From the NCBI RefSeq assembly GCF_028369105.1, contig NZ_JAQNDO010000001.1, forward strand, positions 2,099,711-2,163,710: DNA of 64,000 nucleotides. Direction: 5' to 3'. Below the pieces are notes generated by a model. The model was not told the origin of the DNA, did not search any database, and saw only the letters and a program-made list of their open reading frames with translations. Of this stretch, positions 19,794-28,116 are shown piece after piece. Positions within the stretch are counted from its first letter, which is position 1; every line of letters starts with the position of its first letter. The translations under genes were made by a program, and so were the position numbers. This stretch comes from Polyangium mundeleinium (GTDB lineage Bacteria > Myxococcota_A > Polyangia > Polyangiales > Polyangiaceae).

Positions 19794-22394
19794 ATGGCGC
19801 AGCGGTTCCATCACGAGGCCTTGCTGCGGGCGCGCCTCGAGCTCGAGCTCACCCAGGAGGAGCTCGCGGCCTCGGTCGGCGTGGACGTGCGCACGTATCG
19901 CCGGTACGAATCCGGCGAGGTCAACGAGGGCGGCTTTTCGGTCCGGCAACCCGCCCGGCGAAAGCTCCTCGAAAAGCTCTCCGCCGAGCTCGGGATCGCC
20001 GCGGCCGATCTCGTGATCGAGGCCGATCCCGCGCCCGCCCCGGCGCCCCTCGCGCCCGCGCCGAGGCTCTTTTCGCCCGAGCACGTGCACACGCTCCAGC
20101 GCGCGCCGCATTTCGTGGGGCGCGAGGACATCCTGGAGGAGCTTTGGACGTGGGCGTCGGCGCCCGAGAAAGGCAAGGGGCCGGGCGTGGTCGCGCTCGT
20201 GGGCGTGGGCGGCGCGGGGAAGACAGCCATCGCCGAGCGGCTCGTCACGCGAATCGGGGATGCGCCGCGGCGCGGCGGGCTCTTCGTGTGGAGTTTTTAC
20301 GACGACGAACGAACCGAGGCGTTTTTGGCCCACGCCGTGCGGTATTTCGCGGGGGCGGAGCCGCAAGCCGGGGAGCGGCTGGAGACGCTCTTGCTGGCGC
20401 TCGGGAGCGGGCCGCCGCACCTCGTCGTGCTCGATGGGCTGGAGACCGTGCAGGCCGCGGGCGGGGCCTCACGTGCGCACGGCGAGCTCGAAGATCCGCT
20501 GCTCCGGCGGCTGCTCGTGGCGCTCGCGCGGGGGCTCGGAGCGGCGCGCGCGCTCGTCACGTCGAGGTTTTTGCTGGGCGATCTCGCGCCCTGGGCGGAC
20601 GCGGGCGCGCGCACCGTGAAGCTCGGGCCGCTCTCGCCGATCGACGCCGAGCGGTTGCTCCGGTCGTGGGGCGCGGACGGGGATGGGGAGGCGCTCGCGC
20701 GCGTCGTTCATGCCTCGGGCGGGCATGCGCTCTCGCTCGCGGTCGCGGGCTCGTATGCGGGGGCGTTTCTCGGGGGCGATTTGCGTCCGCTCGATCCGCT
20801 CGATCTCGCCGAGGCCGCGCGTGACGATCCGCTGGCCCGGCGCCTCGCGCGGGTCCTCTCGGCGTACGCGGCCGCGTTGCCCGACGCCGAGCGGGATCTC
20901 CTCGCGCGCCTCTCCGTGCTTTCGTCCGGCGCCGACGAGGACGCGCTGCTCGCGCTTGCATCGGCCTCCCCGCGTGTCGCGGGCGCGCTCGCGGGGGCCT
21001 CCACGGAGGGCGTTCGCCGCGCGCTCGCCCGCCTCGAACGGCTCGGGCTCGTCTTCCGCGCCGGGGGTGAGCCGCCGCGGTGGTCGTCGCACCCGTTCGT
21101 CCGGGACCATTTCCGCTCGTTGGTCCCGGTCTCGCCCTCGGCCGTGCAGGCGGCGATGACCGCGCCGTCCGAGGGCACGTTGATCTTCGCGCCGCGGCAA
21201 AAACCCCGGGACCGCGGCCGCCTCGACGCCGTCGAGGAGGTGATCCGGGCTTTGAACGACGCGGGCCAGCCGACCGAGGCATATCGGGTGTACTCGCAAA
21301 CCCTGGGCGCCTTTTCACACCTCGGGCTTGTCCTCGGTGAAATGAGCCGCGGAGCACGGATTTTACGATTGTTTGGCGAGACAACCGATCCGGCCTCGCC
21401 CGCCGCGTCGCTTGCGTTGGGCTTTCGTCTTGCATTGCTCTACGAGCGCGGGCTTTATGCGGGGGCGCTCGGCGACCTCACGTTTGCCCGGCGCTCCTAC
21501 GAGGCGCACAACACGCTGGTCGAAGGGACACCCGAGGTGTCTCACCTCGTGACGGGATTGCGTACCTTGGCGTACACCGAGCGGCTCGCGGGGGCGCTTT
21601 CGGCGGCGCGGGCGCACGTGTCGCAGTCGCTCGTGATGGCGGAGTCGGCCGGGCTCGGCACGCACATCGCCCGCGGAATCGCGCTCTCCGCGTCGATCGC
21701 GCACGATTTCGGGGACATCGATGCTGCGCGCGCGGGGTTTTCGCGGCTCGTGGCGATGGGGGACGCGCGGGTCGCGCGGCGCGGTTTATGGGAGGCGGAG
21801 CATTTGCTCGCGCTCGGGCAGCGCGAGGAGGCCGTCCAGATGACCGAGGCGAACGTGGCCGCCTGTGAGCGCCTCGGCTGGGCCGGGCACGCGGCGCAGG
21901 GGCAGGTGCTGCTCGGGCTCGCCGTGGTGGACGAGGATCCGGCGGAGGCGGAGCGACGTCTCCACGCGGCGCGGGCGTGGGTCGCTGTCTCCGGGGAGGT
22001 GGAAATGGCGGCGCGCGTGCACGAGCTCACGGCGCGGATCGCGCTTTCGCGGGGGGCGTTTTTCGAGGCGGCGCGGGAGGCGCTCGCGGGCGAGCAGCTC
22101 GCGGAGGCGTGTGGGCTCGGGCTGTTCCGGACGCGGCTCCTCGCGCTCGGGCTCGAAATCGCGCACGCGCGGGGCGACGAGGCGGCGATGGGGCGGGCCA
22201 AGGACGTGCAGCGCCAAGCCCTTGGCGAAGATACCTGGGGGCGCGCAGACGTGTTGCATTGGGCTGGGCTCTGTCATTCGAGCGTGGGCGAAGCGGAGCT
22301 TGGCAAGCGGTACCTCGAAGAGGCGCTCGTTTTGCGGGAGCGGATCGGCCATCCCGGGTGCGAGGCGACGCGCGAGGAGGTGTGTCGGCGCTGA
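19794..22394 (+). CDS. STAND-class regulator: N-terminal HTH (XRE-like), NB-ARC/AAA NTPase and C-terminal TPR-like repeats
   Basis: HTH LTQEELAASVGVDVRTYRRYESG. Walker A LVGVGGAGKTAIA and Walker B HLVVLDGLE. Long Ala/Leu-rich helical repeat C-terminus. Confidence 0.85.
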   Translation: MAQRFHHEALLRARLELELTQEELAASVGVDVRTYRRYESGEVNEGGFSVRQPARRKLLEKLSAELGIAAADLVIEADPAPAPAPLAPAPRLFSPEHVHTLQRAPHFVGREDILEELWTWASAPEKGKGPGVVALVGVGGAGKTAIAERLVTRIGDAPRRGGLFVWSFYDDERTEAFLAHAVRYFAGAEPQAGERLETLLLALGSGPPHLVVLDGLETVQAAGGASRAHGELEDPLLRRLLVALARGLGAARALVTSRFLLGDLAPWADAGARTVKLGPLSPIDAERLLRSWGADGDGEALARVVHASGGHALSLAVAGSYAGAFLGGDLRPLDPLDLAEAARDDPLARRLARVLSAYAAALPDAERDLLARLSVLSSGADEDALLALASASPRVAGALAGASTEGVRRALARLERLGLVFRAGGEPPRWSSHPFVRDHFRSLVPVSPSAVQAAMTAPSEGTLIFAPRQKPRDRGRLDAVEEVIRALNDAGQPTEAYRVYSQTLGAFSHLGLVLGEMSRGARILRLFGETTDPASPAASLALGFRLALLYERGLYAGALGDLTFARRSYEAHNTLVEGTPEVSHLVTGLRTLAYTERLAGALSAARAHVSQSLVMAESAGLGTHIARGIALSASIAHDFGDIDAARAGFSRLVAMGDARVARRGLWEAEHLLALGQREEAVQMTEANVAACERLGWAGHAAQGQVLLGLAVVDEDPAEAERRLHAARAWVAVSGEVEMAARVHELTARIALSRGAFFEAAREALAGEQLAEACGLGLFRTRLLALGLEIAHARGDEAAMGRAKDVQRQALGEDTWGRADVLHWAGLCHSSVGEAELGKRYLEEALVLRERIGHPGCEATREEVCRR

Positions 22395-22661
22395 CTTTAT
22401 GTCTGCCACGGAGGCAATCGATTTCGTTTCGTCACGTACCAGGATTCACAAGCATCCAGAAAGGCAACTATCCTTGTAACGCCCCCGGATTGTCGACGAG
22501 TGCTCGTAACGAGCGGTGTACCCACGCCGAGCCTCGGGGACACGACGATCGCGCCCCGGCGCGGCGTCGACCCGGAGATCCCACGAAACGCCTCGAGCGC
22601 CGCCACGATCCGAAAAACCCTGCGGGGCACCCAAGATCCTTGCTCCCCCGACGGAGGAACC

Positions 22662-24086
22662 ATGAGACGTCTCGCTTTCGCGGCGCTGTTAACTTCCATC
22701 CTCGCAGCTCCGGCCCTCGCTTCCGCGACGCCTTCCAGCGCATCGCGCCCCTACAGCCTGCAGTACGCCGTCACGCCCCATCAGGTCTCGATGGACCCGA
22801 ACGGCCTCGCGCAGGCGTCGGCGCACGTGCAGAACGCCGTGAACGCCGGCGGCATCGACGGGGCCGTGTTGCTCGTCGCGCGTCACGGCAAGGTCGTGCT
22901 CCACAAGGCGTACGGCCGCCGGGATGGGAACTTCGCCGGTCCTTCCTGGCAAAACCCTTCGATGCCCAAAGACGGCATCTTCGACCTGCAATCGATCACC
23001 AAGATCTTCACGGCGTTCGTGGCGATCGATCTCCACGACCAAGGCCTGCTCGACCTCTCGGCGCCGGTCGCGGCGTACCTGCCGGAGTTCGCCACGCCGG
23101 AGAAGTCGGGCGTGCTCGTGGCCGACCTCGTCCGCTTCACGTCGGGCCACGCCATCGACGCCGCCGCGTCGCTCGTCGGCGACCCGGATCCGTGGAACAC
23201 GATGATCGCCGAGAGCCTCACCTACACGCCGGGCACGGCGGTGTTCTACAGCGACATCGCGTATCGCTTGCTCGGCCGCGTCGCCGAGGCGGCAGGCGGC
23301 GCGCCGCTCGACGTGCTCGCGAAGAACCGGATCCTGAGCCCGCTCGGCATGAAGGACACGGCGTGGAGGCCGCTCGTGACCATGCCGTCGAAGTCGAGCC
23401 GCTTCGTCGGCACGGGTTACTCGACGGTGCGCGAGCCGGACGGCTCGCCCCGGTACATGCGCGGCGAGGTGGCCGACGACCAGGACTACTGGATCGAGTC
23501 GCAAGGGCACGGCGTGACGGGCTGCGACGGGACCTTCTCGACGGCGTGGGATCTGGCGCTGCTCGGGCAGATGTTCCTGAACCGCGGCGCGCGCGTCCTC
23601 GGCAATCCAAGCTGGGGCTACTGCACGCCCTGGATGTGGTCGTGCGGCATCGACTCGCTCGCGGCGCCGGCGCTCGTCGAGGAGATGATGGAGGTGCAGT
23701 CGAAGGACGCCTCGGGTACGCCGCTCGGCATCCACGGCGCGACGTCGAGCTGGCTCGACGACCTGCTCTTCGCGAACAAGGGATACGGCTGGGAGCTCGC
23801 GGACGCCTCGCCGGGGGCCCACGTCGTGACGGGCCTCTACGCGTCGCCGTATGCGGCCTCGAAGATCGGCGGCTCCGGCACGTTCCTCACGGTCGACCCG
23901 GATCCCTCGCGGGACCTCGTGATCGTCCTCTTGACGAACCACGGTTTGCCGTCGTTCGTCGGGCCCGACGGCATTCAGGTCGACGGAAGCGGGAACCTGC
24001 TCTGGCCGGGGTACGAGAACATGCTCGGCGCGATCCAGCCGCACGTCGTGAACGACCTCGTGCAGCTCTCGATCACGGGGCCGTGA
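22662..24086 (+). CDS. Secreted serine hydrolase of the beta-lactamase / D-Ala-D-Ala carboxypeptidase family
   Basis: ATG at 22662 with GGAGGA 4 nt upstream. Signal peptide MRRLAFAALLTSILAAPALASA. SxxK active site in QSITK. The listed ORF 22500-24086 over-extends into a lower-GC promoter region. Confidence 0.85.
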   Translation: MRRLAFAALLTSILAAPALASATPSSASRPYSLQYAVTPHQVSMDPNGLAQASAHVQNAVNAGGIDGAVLLVARHGKVVLHKAYGRRDGNFAGPSWQNPSMPKDGIFDLQSITKIFTAFVAIDLHDQGLLDLSAPVAAYLPEFATPEKSGVLVADLVRFTSGHAIDAAASLVGDPDPWNTMIAESLTYTPGTAVFYSDIAYRLLGRVAEAAGGAPLDVLAKNRILSPLGMKDTAWRPLVTMPSKSSRFVGTGYSTVREPDGSPRYMRGEVADDQDYWIESQGHGVTGCDGTFSTAWDLALLGQMFLNRGARVLGNPSWGYCTPWMWSCGIDSLAAPALVEEMMEVQSKDASGTPLGIHGATSSWLDDLLFANKGYGWELADASPGAHVVTGLYASPYAASKIGGSGTFLTVDPDPSRDLVIVLLTNHGLPSFVGPDGIQVDGSGNLLWPGYENMLGAIQPHVVNDLVQLSITGP

Positions 24087-24149
24087 TCCCAAGCCCGAGG
24101 GGCGCGCGTCGTGAGGTCGGCGCGCGTCCCCTCGCTTCGTTTCAAGGGT

Positions 24150-27008
24150 TCACTGCGGATTCGGTTGGCAGCACCCGGTGATGCAGCTCTCGCCGAGGGG
24201 GCAGGGGTCCTGGCCGGGCAAGCCGCATTTCTGCACGCCGGGCGGGCAGACTTGCTCGATGCAGCCGGGCGGCAGGTCCGGTTTGCCGATGCAGACCTCG
24301 CAGAGCTCGCACGTGTTGAGGCACGCGGTGACCTGCGTGCACGGCTTGCACTTCGACGCGTCGTTCAGCGTGTTCGCGTTGCAGCTCCCCGTGCCGGCCG
24401 GGTTCTCCGAGCCGAGCCAGACCGTGTGATTCAGGCCGGGCAGGGCGCAGCAGCCGAAGCAGTCGCAGCCGTTCGGCGTGAGCGGGCCGCAATAATCGAG
24501 GCAGGTCTGCGATTGCGTGGCGAACGCCATGGCGCACGTTCCGTTGTACCCGGCGATGTTCGCGTTCGGGTTGTACGCGCACTGGCTGCCCTCCGGCGGG
24601 TAGTTCGGCGGGACCTCGAGCGTGTCGCACTTGTGGCTCCAGTAGCAATCGTCGTTGCCCGCGCCGGTGTCCTGATCGAAATAACAATCCGACTTGCAGG
24701 GCGAGTTGTTCTGGCCGGGGATGCCGCCGTAGAAGCTGTTCTCGGTGTTGTCGCAGGGGCCGAGGCACTGGTCGTCGGCCGCGTCTGTCTTGCAGTCGCC
24801 GTCGTTGTCGATGCAGTCGCCGCAGGCGTACGTCTTGCCCTGGCACGTCGCGACCTGGCAGAAGTTGCCGCAGCCGCCCTGCGCGGGGTTGCACGTCTCG
24901 CCGCAGCCGCAGAGATTGTTGTTCGGGAGGCCCTTGCAGGTGTCGAGGATCGGGTCGCAGACGTCGGTCGTGCAGGCGATGCCGTCGTTGCAGACGGGCG
25001 GCGAGCCAGGGCTGCAGCCGGAGGCCCCGCAGGACTCGGCGCCATTGCAGAAGACGCCGTCGTCGCAGATGTAATCCTGCAGGAAGTGCGCGCACGTGCC
25101 CGTGGGCTCGTTGCACAGGTCGTACGTGCACGCGACGCCGTCGTTGCAGTTGACGGGCGTGCCGCCCATGCAGCCGACGAACGGGTTGCAGGTCTCGGTG
25201 CCGTTGCAGGTGAGGCCGTCGTTGCAGACGTTGCTGTTCGGCAGGTTCGAACACGCGCCCGTCTGCGGGTCGCAGGCGTCGACGGTGCAGGGAACGCCGT
25301 CGTTGCAGTTGGGCGGGACGCCGTCCTTGCATACGACGTCGCAGAACTCGACGCCGTCGCAGGCGTCGCCGTCGTCGCACTCCGCGTCCGTCGTGCAGGG
25401 CTTCGCCGTGGTGCAGCCGCCGAGGAGCGGGACGCAGACCTCTCCGGCGGGGCACTGGCTGCTGTCGGGCGAGGAGCCGCAGGCGCCGAACGGCTCCTTG
25501 CAAGCCTCGTTCGTGCAGGCGATGCCGTCGGACGGACAGATCACGGGCGTGCCGGCCCTGCAGCCGGTGACGGCGGCGCCGCCGGCCGGATCGCAGACCT
25601 CGTCGCCGTTGCAGGACATGCCGTCGTAGCAGGCCGCGTCGTTCGGCGAAACCACGCACTTCTTTTGTGCGTTCGAGCAGCTATCGGCCGTGCAGGAGAG
25701 GTTGTCGTTGCAAACGACGGGGGTGCCCGCCTGGCAACCGAGCCCGACCTGGCACGTCTCGACGCCGTTGCAGAAGACGTTGTCGTCGCAGGCCACGTCG
25801 CTCGGCGCGTGCGTGCAGGTGTCCATGGCCTCGTCGCAGCCATCGGCCGTGCAGGGGAAGCTGTCGTTGCAGTCGACGGGCGCGCCGGGCTTGCAGCCCG
25901 CGACCTTGTCGCAGGTCTCGGCGCCGTTGCAGAACGCGCCGTCGGAGCAGGCGCCGTCGTTCTCGACGTGCTTGCAGCCGTCGGCAGCCTGGTCGCAGAA
26001 GTCGTTGGTGCAGGCAATGCCGTCGTCGCAGGCGAGCGGCGTCCCCGCCTCGCACCCGAGCGCGCTGCACGTCTCCACGCCATCGCAGGTGATGTTGTTG
26101 TCGCAGAGGGCGTTGTTCGGCGTGTTCGTGCAGCCGTCGAGCTGCTCGTTGCAGGCGTCGACGGTGCACGCGATGCCGTCGTCGCAGGGGGATCCCGAGC
26201 TCGCCGTGCATCCGGTGCCGGCCGCGCCGTTCACGGGGTCGCAGACCTCGACGCCGTCGCAGTACGCGCCGTTGTCGCAGAACGCGCTGTTCGGCAGGTG
26301 GATGCATGCGCCGGACACGCACGCGTCCGCGGTACACCCGATGGCGTCGTCGCAGTCGGCGTCGTTCACGCATGCGGGCGCGCCGCCGGAGCCGCCGGAG
26401 CCGGCCATCACGCTGCCGCCGGAGCCGCCGATGCCTCCGGCGCCGCCGCTGCCCCCCGAGCCACCGATACCGCCGCTGCCGCCGGAGCCGGCGATCATGC
26501 CGCCGACGCCGCCGACGCCGCCGACGCCGCCCGAGCCTCCGTTGCCGCCGCCGCCGCCGCTGCCGCCGCTGCCGCCGGAGCCGGCCATCGTGCCGCCGGA
26601 GCCGGCCATCGTGCCGCCGGAGCCGTCCATCGTGCCGCCGGAGCCGGCCATCGTGCCGCCGGAGCCGGCCATCGTGCCGCCGGAGCCGGCCATCGTGCCG
26701 CCGGAGCCGGCCATCGTGCCGCCGGAGCCGGCCATCGTGCCGCCGGAGCCGGCCATCGTGCCGCCGGAGCCGGCCATCGTGCCGCCGGAGCCGGCCATCG
26801 TGCCGCCGGAGCCGGCCATCGTGCCGCCGGAGCCGCCGGAGCCGCCGTTTCCCCCGTTCCCGCCCATTCCTCCAATGCCGCCGCTGCCGCCGGAGCCGGT
26901 CGTGCTCCCGCTCCCCGTGGTTTGAAGGATCGCACCGTCGCCGCAGCCGATCGCGGCGATCGCCACCCACGCGAACCAATGCCGTTGGAACCCTCGCCGC
27001 TTCAGCAT
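24150..27008 (-). CDS. Large cysteine-rich repeat lipoprotein (Myxococcus Cys-rich repeat type) with an N-terminal Gly/Ser/Thr/Met-rich tandem-repeat linker
   Basis: Start MLKRRGFQRHWFAWVAIAAIGCG (ATG at 27008, lipobox-like AAIGC). 12 copies of GSGGTMA. More than 20 Cys-rich modules of the form CxDGxxCNGxExC...C. Confidence 0.8.
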   Translation of the reverse strand: MLKRRGFQRHWFAWVAIAAIGCGDGAILQTTGSGSTTGSGGSGGIGGMGGNGGNGGSGGSGGTMAGSGGTMAGSGGTMAGSGGTMAGSGGTMAGSGGTMAGSGGTMAGSGGTMAGSGGTMAGSGGTMDGSGGTMAGSGGTMAGSGGSGGSGGGGGNGGSGGVGGVGGVGGMIAGSGGSGGIGGSGGSGGAGGIGGSGGSVMAGSGGSGGAPACVNDADCDDAIGCTADACVSGACIHLPNSAFCDNGAYCDGVEVCDPVNGAAGTGCTASSGSPCDDGIACTVDACNEQLDGCTNTPNNALCDNNITCDGVETCSALGCEAGTPLACDDGIACTNDFCDQAADGCKHVENDGACSDGAFCNGAETCDKVAGCKPGAPVDCNDSFPCTADGCDEAMDTCTHAPSDVACDDNVFCNGVETCQVGLGCQAGTPVVCNDNLSCTADSCSNAQKKCVVSPNDAACYDGMSCNGDEVCDPAGGAAVTGCRAGTPVICPSDGIACTNEACKEPFGACGSSPDSSQCPAGEVCVPLLGGCTTAKPCTTDAECDDGDACDGVEFCDVVCKDGVPPNCNDGVPCTVDACDPQTGACSNLPNSNVCNDGLTCNGTETCNPFVGCMGGTPVNCNDGVACTYDLCNEPTGTCAHFLQDYICDDGVFCNGAESCGASGCSPGSPPVCNDGIACTTDVCDPILDTCKGLPNNNLCGCGETCNPAQGGCGNFCQVATCQGKTYACGDCIDNDGDCKTDAADDQCLGPCDNTENSFYGGIPGQNNSPCKSDCYFDQDTGAGNDDCYWSHKCDTLEVPPNYPPEGSQCAYNPNANIAGYNGTCAMAFATQSQTCLDYCGPLTPNGCDCFGCCALPGLNHTVWLGSENPAGTGSCNANTLNDASKCKPCTQVTACLNTCELCEVCIGKPDLPPGCIEQVCPPGVQKCGLPGQDPCPLGESCITGCCQPNPQ
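26581..26832. repeat. Tandem direct repeat, 12 copies of a 21-nt unit (ccggccatcgtgccgccggag). Eleven copies are identical and one has a single substitution. It is in-frame inside the Cys-rich lipoprotein gene and encodes (GSGGTMA)x12.
   Basis: Read directly from the sequence. Copies start at 26581, 26602, 26623 (variant ccgTccat), 26644, then every 21 nt to 26812. Confidence 0.9.
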
Positions 27009-27219
27009 CGCCCCCTCCGTCGCAAGAAGCCGCCCGACGAGCACAGCGTAAGCCCAAAAATTCAACGACGGAGGATGGTAGATGTTGTTACCGCTACTCT
27101 TCGCGCTTGGTCGTTCTTGAGACGCCATGGCGCGGTGATCGAGAACACTTCACGCCCGGGGCCGGTTGCGGGGCGCGACGCTCTCGACGCCGCGGCGGCG
27201 CTGGGCCAGAAGGGCTCGG

Positions 27220-28116
27220 ATGCAGGCGACGCGTCCGGGGATCCCCTCCCGGCTCCTCGATCCGGCCTTCGTACGTGAGCTCGAGGTGCTCAGGCGCCGG
27301 CTCGAAATCCGCGCGCGCTCGGGCGCCTCCGGCGAACACGTCGCGCGGCGGCGCGGCGGCGCGGCGGAGTTCCAGGAGCACAGGCCCTACAGCCCCGGCG
27401 ACGACCTACGCCGCATCGACTGGGCCGCCTACGCGCGCACCGATGAGCCCGTGCTGAAGCTCTTTCGCGCCGAGGAAGACGTGATCGTGCGGCTCCTCGT
27501 GGACACGTCCGCGTCCCTGGATTTCGGCGAGCCGCCGAAGTTCGAGTCCGCATGTCGTATCGCCGCGGCCTTCGGCTACATGGCGCTCGCGGCCTCGGAG
27601 CGAGTGCAGGTGATCTCGGCCGGGGAGGGGATCCAGCGCGAAGAGACGCCGGTGCGGGGCCGGAGTGGACTGCCTGCGCTTTTGCGAGCGCTCGGCGGGA
27701 TCACGCCGGGCGGCGGGACGGATCTCGCGCGCGCCGTCGATCGGCTGATACAAAAGAACAAGCGTGCAGGGATGCTCCTCGTCGTCTCCGATTTCCTCGA
27801 CGGCGGGCCGCTCGGCCCCGCGCTCACCCGCGCGGCCGCGGCCGGGCACGATCTCGTGCTCGTGCAGGTCGTCGCGCCCGAGGAGATCGAGCCTTCGTAC
27901 GAGGGCGACTGGGCGCTCGAGGACGCCGAGACCGGCGCGGTCGTCGAGGTGACCATGGATGCCGCGTCGATCGAGGCGTACGTGCTCCGGTTCGCGGGCC
28001 TCTGCGAGGAGCTCCGGCAGATGGCGAAGCGGTTGCGCGCGACGTACGTGCGGGTTCGCACGGACGAACCCTTGGAGAGCGCGATCCGGCGGATCGTCGC
28101 GAGGAGCATCGACTGA
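27220..28116 (+). CDS. DUF58 domain protein (MoxR-associated, VWA-like)
   Basis: DUF58 hallmarks GAAEFQEHRPYSPGDDLRRIDWAAYAR and VVSDF. The start is uncertain: ATG at 27220 or an upstream ATG at 27166. Confidence 0.75.
   Translation: MQATRPGIPSRLLDPAFVRELEVLRRRLEIRARSGASGEHVARRRGGAAEFQEHRPYSPGDDLRRIDWAAYARTDEPVLKLFRAEEDVIVRLLVDTSASLDFGEPPKFESACRIAAAFGYMALAASERVQVISAGEGIQREETPVRGRSGLPALLRALGGITPGGGTDLARAVDRLIQKNKRAGMLLVVSDFLDGGPLGPALTRAAAAGHDLVLVQVVAPEEIEPSYEGDWALEDAETGAVVEVTMDAASIEAYVLRFAGLCEELRQMAKRLRATYVRVRTDEPLESAIRRIVARSID

Noticed and set aside
19172-20824. 550-aa plus-strand ORF and the 19599-20420 minus ORF
   Set aside because: They overlap the 2OG oxygenase and STAND genes in wrong frames, with R/A/G-rich composition.
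22395-22661. Possible small ORFs or RNA in the lower-GC region upstream of the beta-lactamase-family gene
   Set aside because: The listed ORFs here (22446-22634, 22397-22699) have no coding-like GC3 bias. The region is more plausibly a promoter/UTR, with repeated CGTAACG elements that are not a clear sigma54 or ECF match.
24111-27278. 1055-aa plus-strand ORF, plus many other A/R/G-rich ORFs in 24.1-27.3 kb
   Set aside because: Antisense or alternate frames of the Cys-rich lipoprotein gene. Repetitive RAAGAGH translations come from the tandem repeat read in wrong frames.
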